From Gammaproteobacteria bacterium (lineage in GTDB: Bacteria > Pseudomonadota > Gammaproteobacteria > JBGSLN01), in the NCBI GenBank assembly GCA_041740675.1, contig JBGSLN010000171.1, forward strand, positions 1 to 33,555: 33,555 nt of DNA. The letters run 5' to 3'. Position numbers and translations under genes: made by a program. The notes beneath the pieces were generated by a model, which saw nothing but the letters and a program-made list of their open reading frames with translations, had not been told where the DNA came from and searched no databases. Shown piece by piece: positions 8,164 to 18,198 of this stretch. The stretch's first letter is position 1. Each line of letters starts with the position of its first letter.

Positions 8164-9347
8164 TATGCCAAGTCCACAATAATATTGTTCAATGCTGTAA
8201 TAGGCATTTGTTCAATTGTAGCTTGTAATTGCAACGTACTTGGATTTGCAGTGTTCCCAACAAAAACAGAAATTATTTGTATGCGTGGGTCTACCGCAAG
8301 AATTGTTCCATAAAAAGTATTTGCTTCTATTAATGACCCTATTTTTTCATCGAAATTTGTTAAAATAGCATTTTGAATTTGACTGGCAATAGTATTTGGC
8401 AACGCAGGATTATTTCTAATGTTTATTCTAAAGAATACCGATAATTGTTGAGCTTCTTGGAATCTTACATTATACGCAATGCCATCATAAATCGTAATCA
8501 CAGTATCGCCATTATAATCACATCCCAAATCTTTTTTATCAAAAATAGCGGCGGCTACTTTTTCTCTAAGAGCAAGCGTCCAATTTTTGGCATAAGCGCA
8601 AATATAGAGAGAATGGGGAACTAAAGTTACGCCTGTTATTATTATTGGTTCGCTGGTCACATTATCTACACCATACACCTCTATAATTTCAGGTATTTTG
8701 AATACATTTGCTCGAATTGCGGCGATTGTGCCGGTTGCATTTGCAGCAACACTTTGTTTTCTTCGATATTCGTATTTTTGTCTGTTTTCAACAGGTATGC
8801 CAGGAACCCCAGCATTTGGGTTTGTAATAGAATCCCATCCATTGACTGTTTGATAAATAACGGTCAATGTATTGGCAGCACATGCAATTTCTCCAGTTTG
8901 AATATTATCTAAGATTGCAGTTGTAGTACCTGTGCTTGGGATTGTTATTACTGATATAAAAGTATATATATTTCCAACAGTATCTTTTGCTAATGTATTT
9001 GCAGGTATTACTGTTCCAGGTAATCCTGTCACCGTACAGGTAACTCTCGTTGCCGTCCCTGGTTTTCTCGGCAGAAAATATATTTCCCCAATGGCATCTT
9101 GAAAAAATCCATCGGCATATTCAGGGTTTATTTGATTAACTAGTAATGCAATCTCATTATTTTTTGATGTGATAATTGCAGCTAGGCTTGATGCTAATTG
9201 GCCTTGTGGTGTTCTTAAATCAACCCGCATATTTCCGCCAAAAACTTGAGAAAAGTCTTTTAAAACTCCGGTCAAAACTTCCGCCGCCGTTGGAACAATA
9301 ATACCGTCTTCGGTAAATAAAATATTTGGAACATTAGAAGTTAACAT
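8163..9347 (-). CDS. Baseplate J-like protein
   Basis: TPQGQLA, A.G.FQDAIG.IYFL.R, GWDSITN, E.R...E.RR..SV; start at MLTSNVP, coupled to upstream gene. Confidence 0.9.
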   Translation of the reverse strand: MLTSNVPNILFTEDGIIVPTAAEVLTGVLKDFSQVFGGNMRVDLRTPQGQLASSLAAIITSKNNEIALLVNQINPEYADGFFQDAIGEIYFLPRKPGTATRVTCTVTGLPGTVIPANTLAKDTVGNIYTFISVITIPSTGTTTAILDNIQTGEIACAANTLTVIYQTVNGWDSITNPNAGVPGIPVENRQKYEYRRKQSVAANATGTIAAIRANVFKIPEIIEVYGVDNVTSEPIIITGVTLVPHSLYICAYAKNWTLALREKVAAAIFDKKDLGCDYNGDTVITIYDGIAYNVRFQEAQQLSVFFRINIRNNPALPNTIASQIQNAILTNFDEKIGSLIEANTFYGTILAVDPRIQIISVFVGNTANPSTLQLQATIEQMPITALNNIIVDLA

Positions 9348-9678
9348 TATTTTCAGCCCCATTTTCATCAATAAAAATAATCCTACCGGATACTTTTCGT
9401 TGTTTAGCATCGTCAATAATACATTTTGCTGCAACAACCCCAGTCACTGAAAGTGCGGCTTGTTTAAGTTGTAAAGCCAAATAAGACAATGGCACTTGTT
9501 TACCTAATATATTTTTATAAGGCACCCCAATAGTGTTTTGATAATAAACTTCACCATAAAATGTCCTGGCCGCATTTGCAACGCTTTGGGCATATTCATA
9601 AGCGCCTTCTGTGATTGCTATATCGCCTAAGCCATCTAACATTAAGTCCCAGTTTTTATCTAATAAAAAACTTTTCAT
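9334..9678 (-). CDS. Baseplate wedge / sheath initiator (gp25/W-like)
   Basis: WDL.LD..G.IA, AQ.VA.A.R.F.GE.YY....G.PY; position between spike and J. Confidence 0.75.
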   Translation of the reverse strand: MKSFLLDKNWDLMLDGLGDIAITEGAYEYAQSVANAARTFYGEVYYQNTIGVPYKNILGKQVPLSYLALQLKQAALSVTGVVAAKCIIDDAKQRKVSGRIIFIDENGAENNVNF

Positions 9679-10316
9679 GATACGGGTTGTCCTGTGTTAC
9701 TTCCACCAGTTTGAACACCAGAATGAATATGTGTTTTTAAACTTATGCTATCTGCGGTAATATCTTGTTGCGCAACAATATTTCCGTTTACCTGTAAGTT
9801 ACTATCTATTATAACATTTTGTGCCTTAATAGTAATAACACCGCTTTTAAATTGAATAAAATTTTCAGGCGTTCCGTTTAAAATTCCACCAATATACATG
9901 CCGTCGGCAAAATCAAATTGTCGAAATGATGCAGGAGCACCATTTGTTTTTTGAGTTTTAATATTACTAATGTCTCTATTTGCAAAAACAGCAATTCCTA
10001 AATCTCCAGGGCTTGGATCCATAATTATTGCATTATTACCGCCCTGGTATCTCATGTAAGGAAGGCCAAAAACTGTACTATGAGGATATGTATTATTATT
10101 TCCGTCTATTTGATCAACCAATGGTATTACATTGACAAAACCAACAGGCTCTAAATCTCCTGTATTAGTACACTCAACAATCTTAACAATCGTGGCAGTT
10201 TGCATTTTTGCCAAAGCTTGCTGGATAACAAAATATAATTGGTTGTAATTACCGAAATAAGTTGCGGGTCTTGCTTGACCGTTATAAACCCGATCAGTTG
10301 TAGATTGCTGTGCCAA
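9675..10316 (-). CDS. Baseplate central spike (gpV/Gp138-like)
   Basis: P..GD.G..VFA.RDIS, R.FD.ADG and C-terminal HxH metal-binding tip (HIHSGVQTGG..TG). Confidence 0.9.
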   Translation of the reverse strand: MAQQSTTDRVYNGQARPATYFGNYNQLYFVIQQALAKMQTATIVKIVECTNTGDLEPVGFVNVIPLVDQIDGNNNTYPHSTVFGLPYMRYQGGNNAIIMDPSPGDLGIAVFANRDISNIKTQKTNGAPASFRQFDFADGMYIGGILNGTPENFIQFKSGVITIKAQNVIIDSNLQVNGNIVAQQDITADSISLKTHIHSGVQTGGSNTGQPVS

Positions 10317-11169
10317 GTTTAGCTCCTCTTATCATTGTAAAAAAATTCCCATTTGGTGTAACTGAACTTAAAGAATAGGAGATAGAGCTCGCTACCCATT
10401 CTCCGTTAGCACGAATAATATCGCTTTGTACTTTTATCTTTCCTCCATAAGTAACCAAAGGATTAAACAATGTTTGTACAATTACTCCTAGCCCATCAAA
10501 TGTAGGGTAGCCAATCATTCCTGTATTTTTATTTATTTCAGCGACAAAATTTTCTCTTGGAAACCCAGGATTGCAAATTGCAATTGTATTATTATCAATA
10601 TATAAATCTATGCCTGCTGCGATTGCGATTGATTTGATTTGTTCAATCCCTGTATTTGCAACGTATAAATTATTTATTTTTATCGTTACATTGTTATTCT
10701 CAAAATTGTAACCCAGTGATTTTGCGATCTGCCCTATGACTGTTGCAACGTCTGCGCTGCCTTTAAATGTTGTGACAGGATAAGGCTTTAAAGAGTTATA
10801 ATAAGCGCCTTGCGCTTGTATATATAAATAAACATCTGGCATTGTCTGGTAATAGCCGAAGGCATTGATAATATCTCCTTTAAATACTAACGTTTCATAT
10901 GTGCCGGCATCATCAATTGCATATATTTCAATTGTATTTTGGTTTACTAAATTCCTTGTCCACATCAATGTAGTCACATCATTCATGTCTTCTTGTTTTA
11001 CGCCAAATATTTGACATACTGAACAAGAAAATTGCGCTCCTCCAGCATTTATGACGTCAACATTTGACCTTAATCCACTAATTTCTAATGTGTTGGTTTT
11101 ATTAGAAGTAAATATGTTTTCTGCAAGTCTAATGATAAATTTAATTTGTTTTTTCGAGAAAGATGGCAT
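10294..11169 (-). CDS. Baseplate hub protein
   Basis: Position; VFKG.I..A, TGMIGYPT...G, NG.W motifs. Confidence 0.75.
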   Translation of the reverse strand: MPSFSKKQIKFIIRLAENIFTSNKTNTLEISGLRSNVDVINAGGAQFSCSVCQIFGVKQEDMNDVTTLMWTRNLVNQNTIEIYAIDDAGTYETLVFKGDIINAFGYYQTMPDVYLYIQAQGAYYNSLKPYPVTTFKGSADVATVIGQIAKSLGYNFENNNVTIKINNLYVANTGIEQIKSIAIAAGIDLYIDNNTIAICNPGFPRENFVAEINKNTGMIGYPTFDGLGVIVQTLFNPLVTYGGKIKVQSDIIRANGEWVASSISYSLSSVTPNGNFFTMIRGAKLGTAIYN

Positions 11170-11464
11170 TTTCTTCAGCATCCAAATAAAATAATTTATA
11201 TCTTGTACCTAATCCTGTATAAAATGGATCGGTTTCACCTTGCGTATCTAAAAATATAAAATTTTGATTAAATCCTAAATAATCTTGTTTTACTAATTTC
11301 GCAATGTTTCTACAAATAGTACATCTGGTAATTGACGCATTATTTACGGCTAAATCAAAATATAAATAATTGCCTCTTGTATAAATATTTATAGAGCATA
11401 TTTGTTCATTTATGATCACATAGAAGTTTTGAGCAGCAACCGCTTTTATTGGTATTTCTTGCAT
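11141..11464 (-). CDS. Small baseplate (plug/adaptor) protein
   Basis: M.EIP.....Q, YLGF......DTQG..DP...GLG.RY.L.Y pattern; position. Confidence 0.7.
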   Translation of the reverse strand: MQEIPIKAVAAQNFYVIINEQICSINIYTRGNYLYFDLAVNNASITRCTICRNIAKLVKQDYLGFNQNFIFLDTQGETDPFYTGLGTRYKLFYLDAEENAIFLEKTN

Positions 11465-12084
11465 TATCCACCCACCGCTTGATTATTAAAATTATTTGTG
11501 TCTTGACTAGAAGCAGCAGAAGACTGTACTTGCCCATTACTTTGAGAGCCGCTATTGGTAGGATTATTTGAACCATTAATAGCGCCGCCCGAATTGTTAG
11601 GATTTTGCTGGGATACTTGTCTAATTTCTTTTAAATAAAGCTGAATTGAAATTAAAGTTTTTCCTCTCGCCGCTGAACGAGAATAATTATATTTTTCTAT
11701 GGTATAGTTTACATAAGTTATTTCTGGCGTAATTATCGTATATAAGTCGGTCGATTTTGTGGCGACATCAATTGCGTTTATAAATTGTTCTCTATCAGAT
11801 ACGTTTCCCATAAAATTTAGAACAATAATTGGGTTTGCCGGCATTTCAACTTTGTTATAACTAGCAAAACCTCCTTGCTCTACAGGAAAATCTGCAACGG
11901 CCATTTGTTTATTATAATTAAGTGAATACATGGATTGAACAGCGCCTATAAGAGAAGCTCCAAATCCAGTAAATGAAATGCCTTCTGAATTTAATATGCC
12001 CCATTGGGATGAAAAATTATTGACAAAATCTTCAACATAATCATTTACTGGGCCAAATATATTAGGAACATTAATTGTAGCCAT
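11464..12084 (-). CDS. Tail tube initiator / Dit-like baseplate protein
   Basis: DFPVEQG.FASYNKV..P and LY.I.TPE..Y; immediately after tape measure. Confidence 0.75.
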   Translation of the reverse strand: MATINVPNIFGPVNDYVEDFVNNFSSQWGILNSEGISFTGFGASLIGAVQSMYSLNYNKQMAVADFPVEQGGFASYNKVEMPANPIIVLNFMGNVSDREQFINAIDVATKSTDLYTIITPEITYVNYTIEKYNYSRSAARGKTLISIQLYLKEIRQVSQQNPNNSGGAINGSNNPTNSGSQSNGQVQSSAASSQDTNNFNNQAVGG

Positions 12085-12085
12085 A

Positions 12086-13738
12086 TTATTTTAATCCAGT
12101 ATTAGCTTGCGCAATAGTCATATAATCAAGGTGTTTATGAATATCATGAGCTATTCCTTGTGCATCTGTAGCATTAGAATGTACATGCAATTCTCCAATA
12201 TTGTTATTAATTGTTTTTGCATCTCTATTTACAGATGCATTTAATTGATTAGCTGGAATACCTTTTAATGATGTCCATACACTGGTTAATGGAACATGAT
12301 TTTTTATAGCATCTTCAATTAACAAAGCAGCTAACATTTGCTGGGTTTTCTGACTAAATTGCATATTTGGATTAAGATGATATTTAGACACTAACGATTG
12401 TAAAGTATCATGAGTAAATTGGTATTCACCTATAGCAAAACGCCTGCCAGGGTTTAAATAACTTTCACCTTTCGTTGCACTTTGAAGCGCTAAAACTTGC
12501 GATATTGTCATTTTTGATAAAGATGGATCTGAACCTGAAAGGCCTAAAAAACCAAGTGCATTAGTCCCCGTATTATAAGCGTTTGGGTCGTAGCCGCTTT
12601 CCCGTTTTCCTATTAAAGATAATATTCCTGATTTCTCATAACCAGCGTATTTTATATCGTTTTGTAAATTTTTATAGTTTACCCTAGTTAAAACATCATT
12701 ACCCAAAGGTTTAGCAACAAAATTACCAATAACTTTACCAATAGTTTTTGCTGAATGAATTAGTTCTTGCTTTGGATGATTAAATAAATTATTTATATTT
12801 CTTATAATATATGTTAAAGCATTATAAAATTGAATTGATGCTGGCGTTAATTTATAAGCCAATGTGTTTTCTAATTGATTAAATGCATTGGTAGTTTCTG
12901 CCGATGCACTTGTTAATGTTTTAAAAGCTAAAACTTCTTGACCTGTCAAGACTTTATTTTTATTTTCTTTATTAATTTCAGATAAGATAGCTCCTTTTCC
13001 TTGCATTAAAAAGTTTGCTACATCGGTAGAAAATCCCATTGCGGCTAAAATATTATAAGCATCTTGCCGAGTAAGTCTTTTTTCTTCTAAATTTTTATGT
13101 AATGAAGAGGCAATATCTAATAAAACATTTAATGGTTTTCTTTCGGCACCATTATTTGCAATAGAAACTCCTAAAGCATTTAAATATGGATTTAATGCAC
13201 TTGTACCAAAAATTCTTGTTTGAGTCTGGGCAGAACCAATATTGCCTAATGCACCTTCAATACTATTAGGATTACCACCCGTCGTTGCAATAGCTTGTCC
13301 TAAAGAAGATAAAGAACCTACAGACGTATTAAGACGCTGAGAATTATAAAACATGGGCGTGCTCATGTTCGCTATATTTTTTGTCCATTCTGCTGTTTTA
13401 TAGGCGGCATATCCTAACCCTGAAATCATCCCTAAGGGAGCCATAAATCTGGATACTTTTGCCAAGTCTAATAAACCATCCTTTAGACCTGAAATAGACT
13501 TGCTAAAATACTTAACGTCATTTGCTGCTTTCTTTAAATGTTCGGTGGGTTTGTCAGAAAAAATAGAATTTTTTTTATTTGATTTTGGGTCAGTAATGTC
13601 TTGAACGGCATCTGATGAGCTTTTTGCCGCTTTTGTCATGGAATTTAATTGAGAAATTATTTCTTGTGATTGACTTTTTAAATCTTTAGCATCAAGGCTA
13701 AATTTAGTTACTAAATCATCAACTATATTTTTAGCCAT
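12086..13738 (-). CDS. Tape measure protein with C-terminal lysozyme/lytic-transglycosylase-like domain
   Basis: Helical N-terminus; I...ESG....AYN, MTI.QV, A.G.YQF...TL, FS...Q..LA motifs. Confidence 0.85.
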   Translation of the reverse strand: MAKNIVDDLVTKFSLDAKDLKSQSQEIISQLNSMTKAAKSSSDAVQDITDPKSNKKNSIFSDKPTEHLKKAANDVKYFSKSISGLKDGLLDLAKVSRFMAPLGMISGLGYAAYKTAEWTKNIANMSTPMFYNSQRLNTSVGSLSSLGQAIATTGGNPNSIEGALGNIGSAQTQTRIFGTSALNPYLNALGVSIANNGAERKPLNVLLDIASSLHKNLEEKRLTRQDAYNILAAMGFSTDVANFLMQGKGAILSEINKENKNKVLTGQEVLAFKTLTSASAETTNAFNQLENTLAYKLTPASIQFYNALTYIIRNINNLFNHPKQELIHSAKTIGKVIGNFVAKPLGNDVLTRVNYKNLQNDIKYAGYEKSGILSLIGKRESGYDPNAYNTGTNALGFLGLSGSDPSLSKMTISQVLALQSATKGESYLNPGRRFAIGEYQFTHDTLQSLVSKYHLNPNMQFSQKTQQMLAALLIEDAIKNHVPLTSVWTSLKGIPANQLNASVNRDAKTINNNIGELHVHSNATDAQGIAHDIHKHLDYMTIAQANTGLK

Positions 13739-13994
13739 TATTATTTATACTCAAGTATTTGTTATAGTTATCCACATTAATTATTTCTGATAATTTATAA
13801 GCGTCTTCTAAAGAATATAATGTTTCTAACTCATGTAATGTGGCCATCCTAGAAGATATAACTCTTCCTATCAAAGAAGATATATTTTTATATTTATAAA
13901 AAATAGTCTCTTTTGATGATTTTGTTATTGCATTTGCTCTTGCTGCTGCCCTATCGAGTTCTGCATAATCATTTTCTTGATGGCCTCTAAAAAA
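13731..13994 (-). CDS. Tail assembly chaperone extension (gpT-like), reached by -1 frameshift
   Basis: Open -1 frame from slippery T TTT TTA (13994-13988) to TAA at 13731: ...YKNISSLIGRVISSRMATLHELETLYSLEDAYKLSEIINVDNYN... Confidence 0.8.
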   Translation of the reverse strand, partial: FFRGHQENDYAELDRAAARANAITKSSKETIFYKYKNISSLIGRVISSRMATLHELETLYSLEDAYKLSEIINVDNYNKYLSINNNG

Positions 13995-14419
13995 TCCAAA
14001 TGTAATTTAAAAACCTCTAATCTTAAGTTAATATAAGTTGAAACTTCTTCAATATCAACATAGCTTTCACCCATATAATTATCTGAAATTTTTCGGTTCA
14101 AATTAATTAATTGCCCTGGATATTTTGGATTTAAATCATGCTTGACCTCAAAAGTTACACAACTCATTAATTCGTGTAACAAAGGACGCAATTCAGAATC
14201 ATCAATTTTTAACAATGAAGCCACACCCAAAATTGCCATTGAATTTGCAGGCATATCTAAAAAATTTTCAGGTAAATTAAGTCCAGATTTAATCATTGCA
14301 CCAATTGCTTTGTAACACCACATTTCTGCTTTTAATGCGGGCATTTCTTCAATAATATATTTTTTATTAAAATCTCTGCTATTTGGATCAGTAACAATAT
14401 ATTCTATTGTTTTTCTCAT
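13925..14419 (-). CDS. Tail assembly chaperone (gpG-like)
   Basis: Between tube and tape measure; RD..K.Y.I.EM.A..AE.W and DIEEV.T...LR.EVFKLH.DF. Confidence 0.8.
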   Translation of the reverse strand: MRKTIEYIVTDPNSRDFNKKYIIEEMPALKAEMWCYKAIGAMIKSGLNLPENFLDMPANSMAILGVASLLKIDDSELRPLLHELMSCVTFEVKHDLNPKYPGQLINLNRKISDNYMGESYVDIEEVSTYINLRLEVFKLHLDFLEAIKKMIMQNSIGQQQEQMQ

Positions 14420-14438
14420 TTTAAATTATCCTTACTTT

Positions 14439-14873
14439 TTAAAGAGGGGCTGATATTGTAATTCCCCAATTTATTACACACTCAACAGATTGTAATACTC
14501 TTTGAGCATTTTGAATCGGCAAATAAGATTGCAACGTCCCTTCTGCAAGCGTATATACTTTCTTAATTGAGGGTAATTGTATTATTGCATCCATAATTAC
14601 AATATCTTCAGTTGCTTCGTGCAACTCAAAAATAGTATCAAAAATAGAAATAGCGCCACTATTTGCTTGAAAAGTTATTGTTTGATTTCTTAAATTAGGC
14701 ACATACCCAGCTGCTTTTTTTCCATCAACCCCAATTTCATTTTCAGTAACTTGCATAGTTTCTGTAGTAAAAGCACTCTCAGCAGAAAAATTTTGCAACC
14801 TATAATTTGTAATTGCCAAACTTGGTATTGATAATAAATAAATGCTATTCGCACTTGTTATACTAAGGGACAT
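14439..14873 (-). CDS. Tail tube protein
   Basis: ITSAN, LQ.FS, GVDG....G.V, TIT.QANS; follows sheath. Confidence 0.85.
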   Translation of the reverse strand: MSLSITSANSIYLLSIPSLAITNYRLQNFSAESAFTTETMQVTENEIGVDGKKAAGYVPNLRNQTITFQANSGAISIFDTIFELHEATEDIVIMDAIIQLPSIKKVYTLAEGTLQSYLPIQNAQRVLQSVECVINWGITISAPL

Positions 14874-14884
14874 ATATTTTACTC

Positions 14885-16411
14885 CTATAAAATATCAATG
14901 CTATTCATTGTTATTTGTTGTATTGATTGCCCATCGGTATACCAAAAATTGATAATAGGGCTTTTCCTTTGTTGCCTGTCTTCAGCAGAAGGAGGCAATA
15001 TTTGCAAATACCATCCTTGCGTTAACAACGTATTAGAAATATCTAACCTGGCCTGAGCCATCACCACAGCTTTTTGATTAGCAGATAATTCAATACCAAC
15101 CCTAATAGTACCAAAATTTATGGCATCTCTAATGGGCTGTGATAAAGAAAGTCTAATTGAACCATAACCACTATCATTGTAAGGAATAGAATTTAATGAG
15201 GTTAATAATGTCATTAATTGAGTTTGAAATTGTTGATTTAGATAAACCTGGCCGTAAAATGAATCAAGCCATTCCCATGTTCCGGACAAACTACCGTTAT
15301 ACATGAAGACCCAATCATTAGTTGAGTTGGCATAATTCCCATAAAAATTATAGCCATTTGCTAATAACACTTCAGCATCAGAGTCAGAAGAAACAGTTGG
15401 TAACAATCCTGATAATGATTTAAAAGCAATTGTTGCTCTTCCATTAAGCGCGTTAAAGTCAACAGATGCTAAAAAACCAAGCACAAATACCGCAGCATCT
15501 CTTGTAGTATCTCCCAAATCACCTGCTTGTGACCCGCTGACGCCATAAGAATTATTATAGTTTGCATTTTGTATTTTAAATGCAGTGCATGTTGTTGAAT
15601 TTGATATTACAGTATCTGAAGATGTATCCCAATACACATAACAATATCTGTTTTTTAAATCATTAATTTCAGAGGCAAATGATAATTTATCATCTTGAAC
15701 AGGCTCCCATAATGTCGTTAATGATACCCATTTTGTAGTATTGGTAACTAAATTATTTATTGCCGTTACAGGAGTATCAACATTAGAACCTTGAGATAAA
15801 ATCGCTCCTTGAGTTTGTGTCAATTTTAAGTTTGCAGCTAAGGTACTACCAACAGCATCTGTTGCATACGTTATCGTTGATGAAGAACCTGTAGTAGATG
15901 ATTCTATTAAGAAGGTAGCATTTACTGGATTCCAACTTACGTCAACAATTACAGTTGGTGTATTTAAAGCTGTTTCTATTTCAGTCGCCGCTTCACTAAA
16001 ACTAGTAATTGTTGAAAAATTTAAGATTCCAGTGGCTTTAGTGTCACCATCAACAGTAATGCTAAAATTGCCTGAATAAGTTTTTAATTGGTCTATAGTT
16101 AAGCCAACTAGGAAACCAGATTGCAAAAATGCAGCTCGATTTGTTCCTACGTATGGAGCAATTAATAATTGCCCAGGTTTTTGTAAACTATTATCATAAC
16201 CATTAAAATAAACTCTGTTTGCCAAATCATATTCATCAGATGCTTGTCCAAAATATTTTCCCACTTCATCTGCTGAATTAAATGATAAAACTTTTCCTAC
16301 AGGACACAATGAATTTTGTGTCATGAAAACACCATTTAAAATAGGTGAATTACCACCAGAATTTAATACTGACGGGTTTACTGTAACAATCCGAGAGGCT
16401 GGTATGCTCAT
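14885..16411 (-). CDS. Tail sheath protein (DUF3383)
   Basis: SIPAS.IV.VNP.VL, YF.GYDNS, NGYNFYG, IPYN..G, R..R.SP....WYTDG.SIQ. Confidence 0.92.
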   Translation of the reverse strand: MSIPASRIVTVNPSVLNSGGNSPILNGVFMTQNSLCPVGKVLSFNSADEVGKYFGQASDEYDLANRVYFNGYDNSLQKPGQLLIAPYVGTNRAAFLQSGFLVGLTIDQLKTYSGNFSITVDGDTKATGILNFSTITSFSEAATEIETALNTPTVIVDVSWNPVNATFLIESSTTGSSSTITYATDAVGSTLAANLKLTQTQGAILSQGSNVDTPVTAINNLVTNTTKWVSLTTLWEPVQDDKLSFASEINDLKNRYCYVYWDTSSDTVISNSTTCTAFKIQNANYNNSYGVSGSQAGDLGDTTRDAAVFVLGFLASVDFNALNGRATIAFKSLSGLLPTVSSDSDAEVLLANGYNFYGNYANSTNDWVFMYNGSLSGTWEWLDSFYGQVYLNQQFQTQLMTLLTSLNSIPYNDSGYGSIRLSLSQPIRDAINFGTIRVGIELSANQKAVVMAQARLDISNTLLTQGWYLQILPPSAEDRQQRKSPIINFWYTDGQSIQQITMNSIDIL

Positions 16412-16420
16412 TTTTTATCC

Positions 16421-16948
16421 TCAATAATTTATTTCTGTATCAACATTTTCAAAAATATTGATGCCAAGTTCATCTGGAAAATCCTGCGGAATTACAATAG
16501 TTGCGTTATATTGCAAATATATTGTAAAAGTCCATCTATCTTGATATTGCATTTCTCCTGTAATAAAAGGCGCTTGTAACGCATTGCTGCAATAAAGCGA
16601 CGATATGCCATCAGGAAATTGCGATACCGTATATTCGCTTCTAAAAACGGACAATATTGCTCTTGCAAAATCTCCCGCTTTCCTTCCGTATAAATCTAAT
16701 TGAATAGCTACTTTAGTGGGATTGTTTACCGTAGCAGAGCCATTAATTTCACTATAATTAATTTCGGGGGTTTCAAGCTCATATTGTCCCATCTCAGTTA
16801 AAACGGCAAAGTTTCCCAAAGGAGAAGGTGTCCTATTTGATTGCGCACGAATTATTTCAATAGGCACACCTTCTATCATTAAAAATGGCTGCAGAAAATT
16901 TGCTAAAGCATCAATTACTTGATCAACAGTTATGGAAGCTGTAAACAT
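16421..16948 (-). CDS. Tail terminator / neck protein
   Basis: RAQ.NR.P.P, Q.D.YG, Q.PF..GE.QY..RW......QYN; position before sheath. Confidence 0.75.
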   Translation of the reverse strand: MFTASITVDQVIDALANFLQPFLMIEGVPIEIIRAQSNRTPSPLGNFAVLTEMGQYELETPEINYSEINGSATVNNPTKVAIQLDLYGRKAGDFARAILSVFRSEYTVSQFPDGISSLYCSNALQAPFITGEMQYQDRWTFTIYLQYNATIVIPQDFPDELGINIFENVDTEINY

Positions 16949-17310
16949 ATAGCCACCTTACACCAGGTTTTCCATCTTTCTAAAATTTGATTTACTAACC
17001 ATTGTTGATTATTAAACTCTACTAAATCACCGCCTTTTATTTCTGGACGTACTACAGCAAATAACTGTCCTTTTAAATATAAAACTTTATAAGTCCCTTG
17101 AATATTTAACCCATCTATTTGCATTAAATCTTCATTGGTAACAGCTTGAATATTTGAAAATCCAGTTATTGGATCAGCATATAATGGCTCTTGTCTTCTT
17201 CCATTATTATCAGGTATTTGATATCCTATTGATTGCCTTATCGTAATTAAAATATCTTGATTGATTATATTAATTGCAGAGTTTGCATAACTTTGTACAT
17301 CAATCATCAT
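16930..17310 (-). CDS. Head closure / head-tail connector protein
   Basis: Q......L..IDGLNIQG, GGDL, WL....LE.W..W. Confidence 0.75.
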   Translation of the reverse strand: MMIDVQSYANSAINIINQDILITIRQSIGYQIPDNNGRRQEPLYADPITGFSNIQAVTNEDLMQIDGLNIQGTYKVLYLKGQLFAVVRPEIKGGDLVEFNNQQWLVNQILERWKTWCKVAICLQLP

Positions 17311-17947
17311 TCTTTACCACTTTATAAGAAACAGAATCAAGCATAAATTTTGTATCTATTAATGGCTTATTAAATCCTTTTTTCTTTATTGTTGATGACG
17401 CATTCCCTGGATCGTTCCATGCAATTATAGATTTCCGTATATCAGATTTTTGTTTTTCACCAACGGCCGATAAAATTACATTTATATTTGTCTCTCCAGC
17501 TTTTAATGCGTTCAAAACAACTCCAGCCCATTCTCCTTTTTTTTCTTCTATAGCAGTCCTAAAAAATGGTCTAGAAGGAATTGTTATCGAGTGACCTTTA
17601 ACAAAATTTTTAGTTTCAAAATTAGATTCAGATTTTTTTACAAATCTTCCTTTTTTTAAAAATTTTCCTTGTTTATTCATTTTTTTATATGTTTTTTTAT
17701 ATGCTAAATTATTTTTATCTTCTTCTGAAATGTCAGATACTTTATTTATAGCATTTCCTTTTGAATCTCTACTGCCTGCTTCTATCGTTGCTCCAAATTC
17801 ATTTATAAAAGCAACCGTTGCAACTGATGTTCCATCAGGATAAGTTGACTCATCAAAAAAGCCAGTTTCAACATAGCTCCCATCCTTTATATTTCCCAAT
17901 TCCATTAATATTTTTTTTATTTTTTCTCCACCTTTTACATGTTTCAT
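17300..17947 (-). CDS. Neck / tail-completion protein
   Basis: TYPDG..VA.VA..NEFG, IP.RPFFR, NA.ST.KKKGF.KPLIDT..M..SV. Confidence 0.75.
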   Translation of the reverse strand: MKHVKGGEKIKKILMELGNIKDGSYVETGFFDESTYPDGTSVATVAFINEFGATIEAGSRDSKGNAINKVSDISEEDKNNLAYKKTYKKMNKQGKFLKKGRFVKKSESNFETKNFVKGHSITIPSRPFFRTAIEEKKGEWAGVVLNALKAGETNINVILSAVGEKQKSDIRKSIIAWNDPGNASSTIKKKGFNKPLIDTKFMLDSVSYKVVKNDD

Positions 17948-18115
17948 TTATTTAAAACCAAAAATTAGAGGTATTAATTCTTTTATAAAAAAACTTGATG
18001 CAAGAATAATTAAAGAAATTCCTATTGAAACCTCCAAAAATTTACTTTCAACATTCCGCATCTTTATGCCTTCAAACCATTTAAATTCAATTATTTTTTT
18101 GTTATCATTGTTCAA
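17948..18115 (-). CDS. Small single-TM peptide A (TTG start 18115, 55 aa; or ATG 18061, 37 aa)
   Basis: LNNDNKKIIEFKWFEGIKMRNVESKFLEVSIGISLIILASSFFIKELIPLIFGFK*; its stop abuts the neck-gene ATG. Confidence 0.6.
   Translation of the reverse strand: MNNDNKKIIEFKWFEGIKMRNVESKFLEVSIGISLIILASSFFIKELIPLIFGFK
18100..18108 (+). promoter_or_regulatory. Extended -10 promoter of sRNA A
   Basis: TGtTATCAT, ending 7 nt before the first stem base of the predicted RNA. Confidence 0.65.
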
Positions 18116-18198
18116 TGGTTACTGCTTTCACTTTAGTAATCATCACTCTTTTGGTGCTCTAACACGCAAAAGAACCAACCCGCTTCGGCGGGTTTTTT
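18115..18198 (+). ncRNA. Predicted antisense sRNA A (three hairpins)
   Basis: ATGGTTACT/AGTAATCAT stem; TCTTTTG-GTG-CTCTAA-CAC-G-CAAAAGA; terminator AACCCGC-TTCG-GCGGGTT plus T-run. Confidence 0.7.

Noticed and set aside
6310-17947. Tailocin, eCIS or gene transfer agent
   Set aside because: Head, terminase, replication and repressor modules are all present, so this is a prophage; the GTA-type holin family also occurs in ordinary phages.
18154-18165. GTGCTCTAACAC as a boxA/nut antitermination site
   Set aside because: It is on the strand opposite late transcription and the equivalent loops in B and C differ; better explained as a hairpin.
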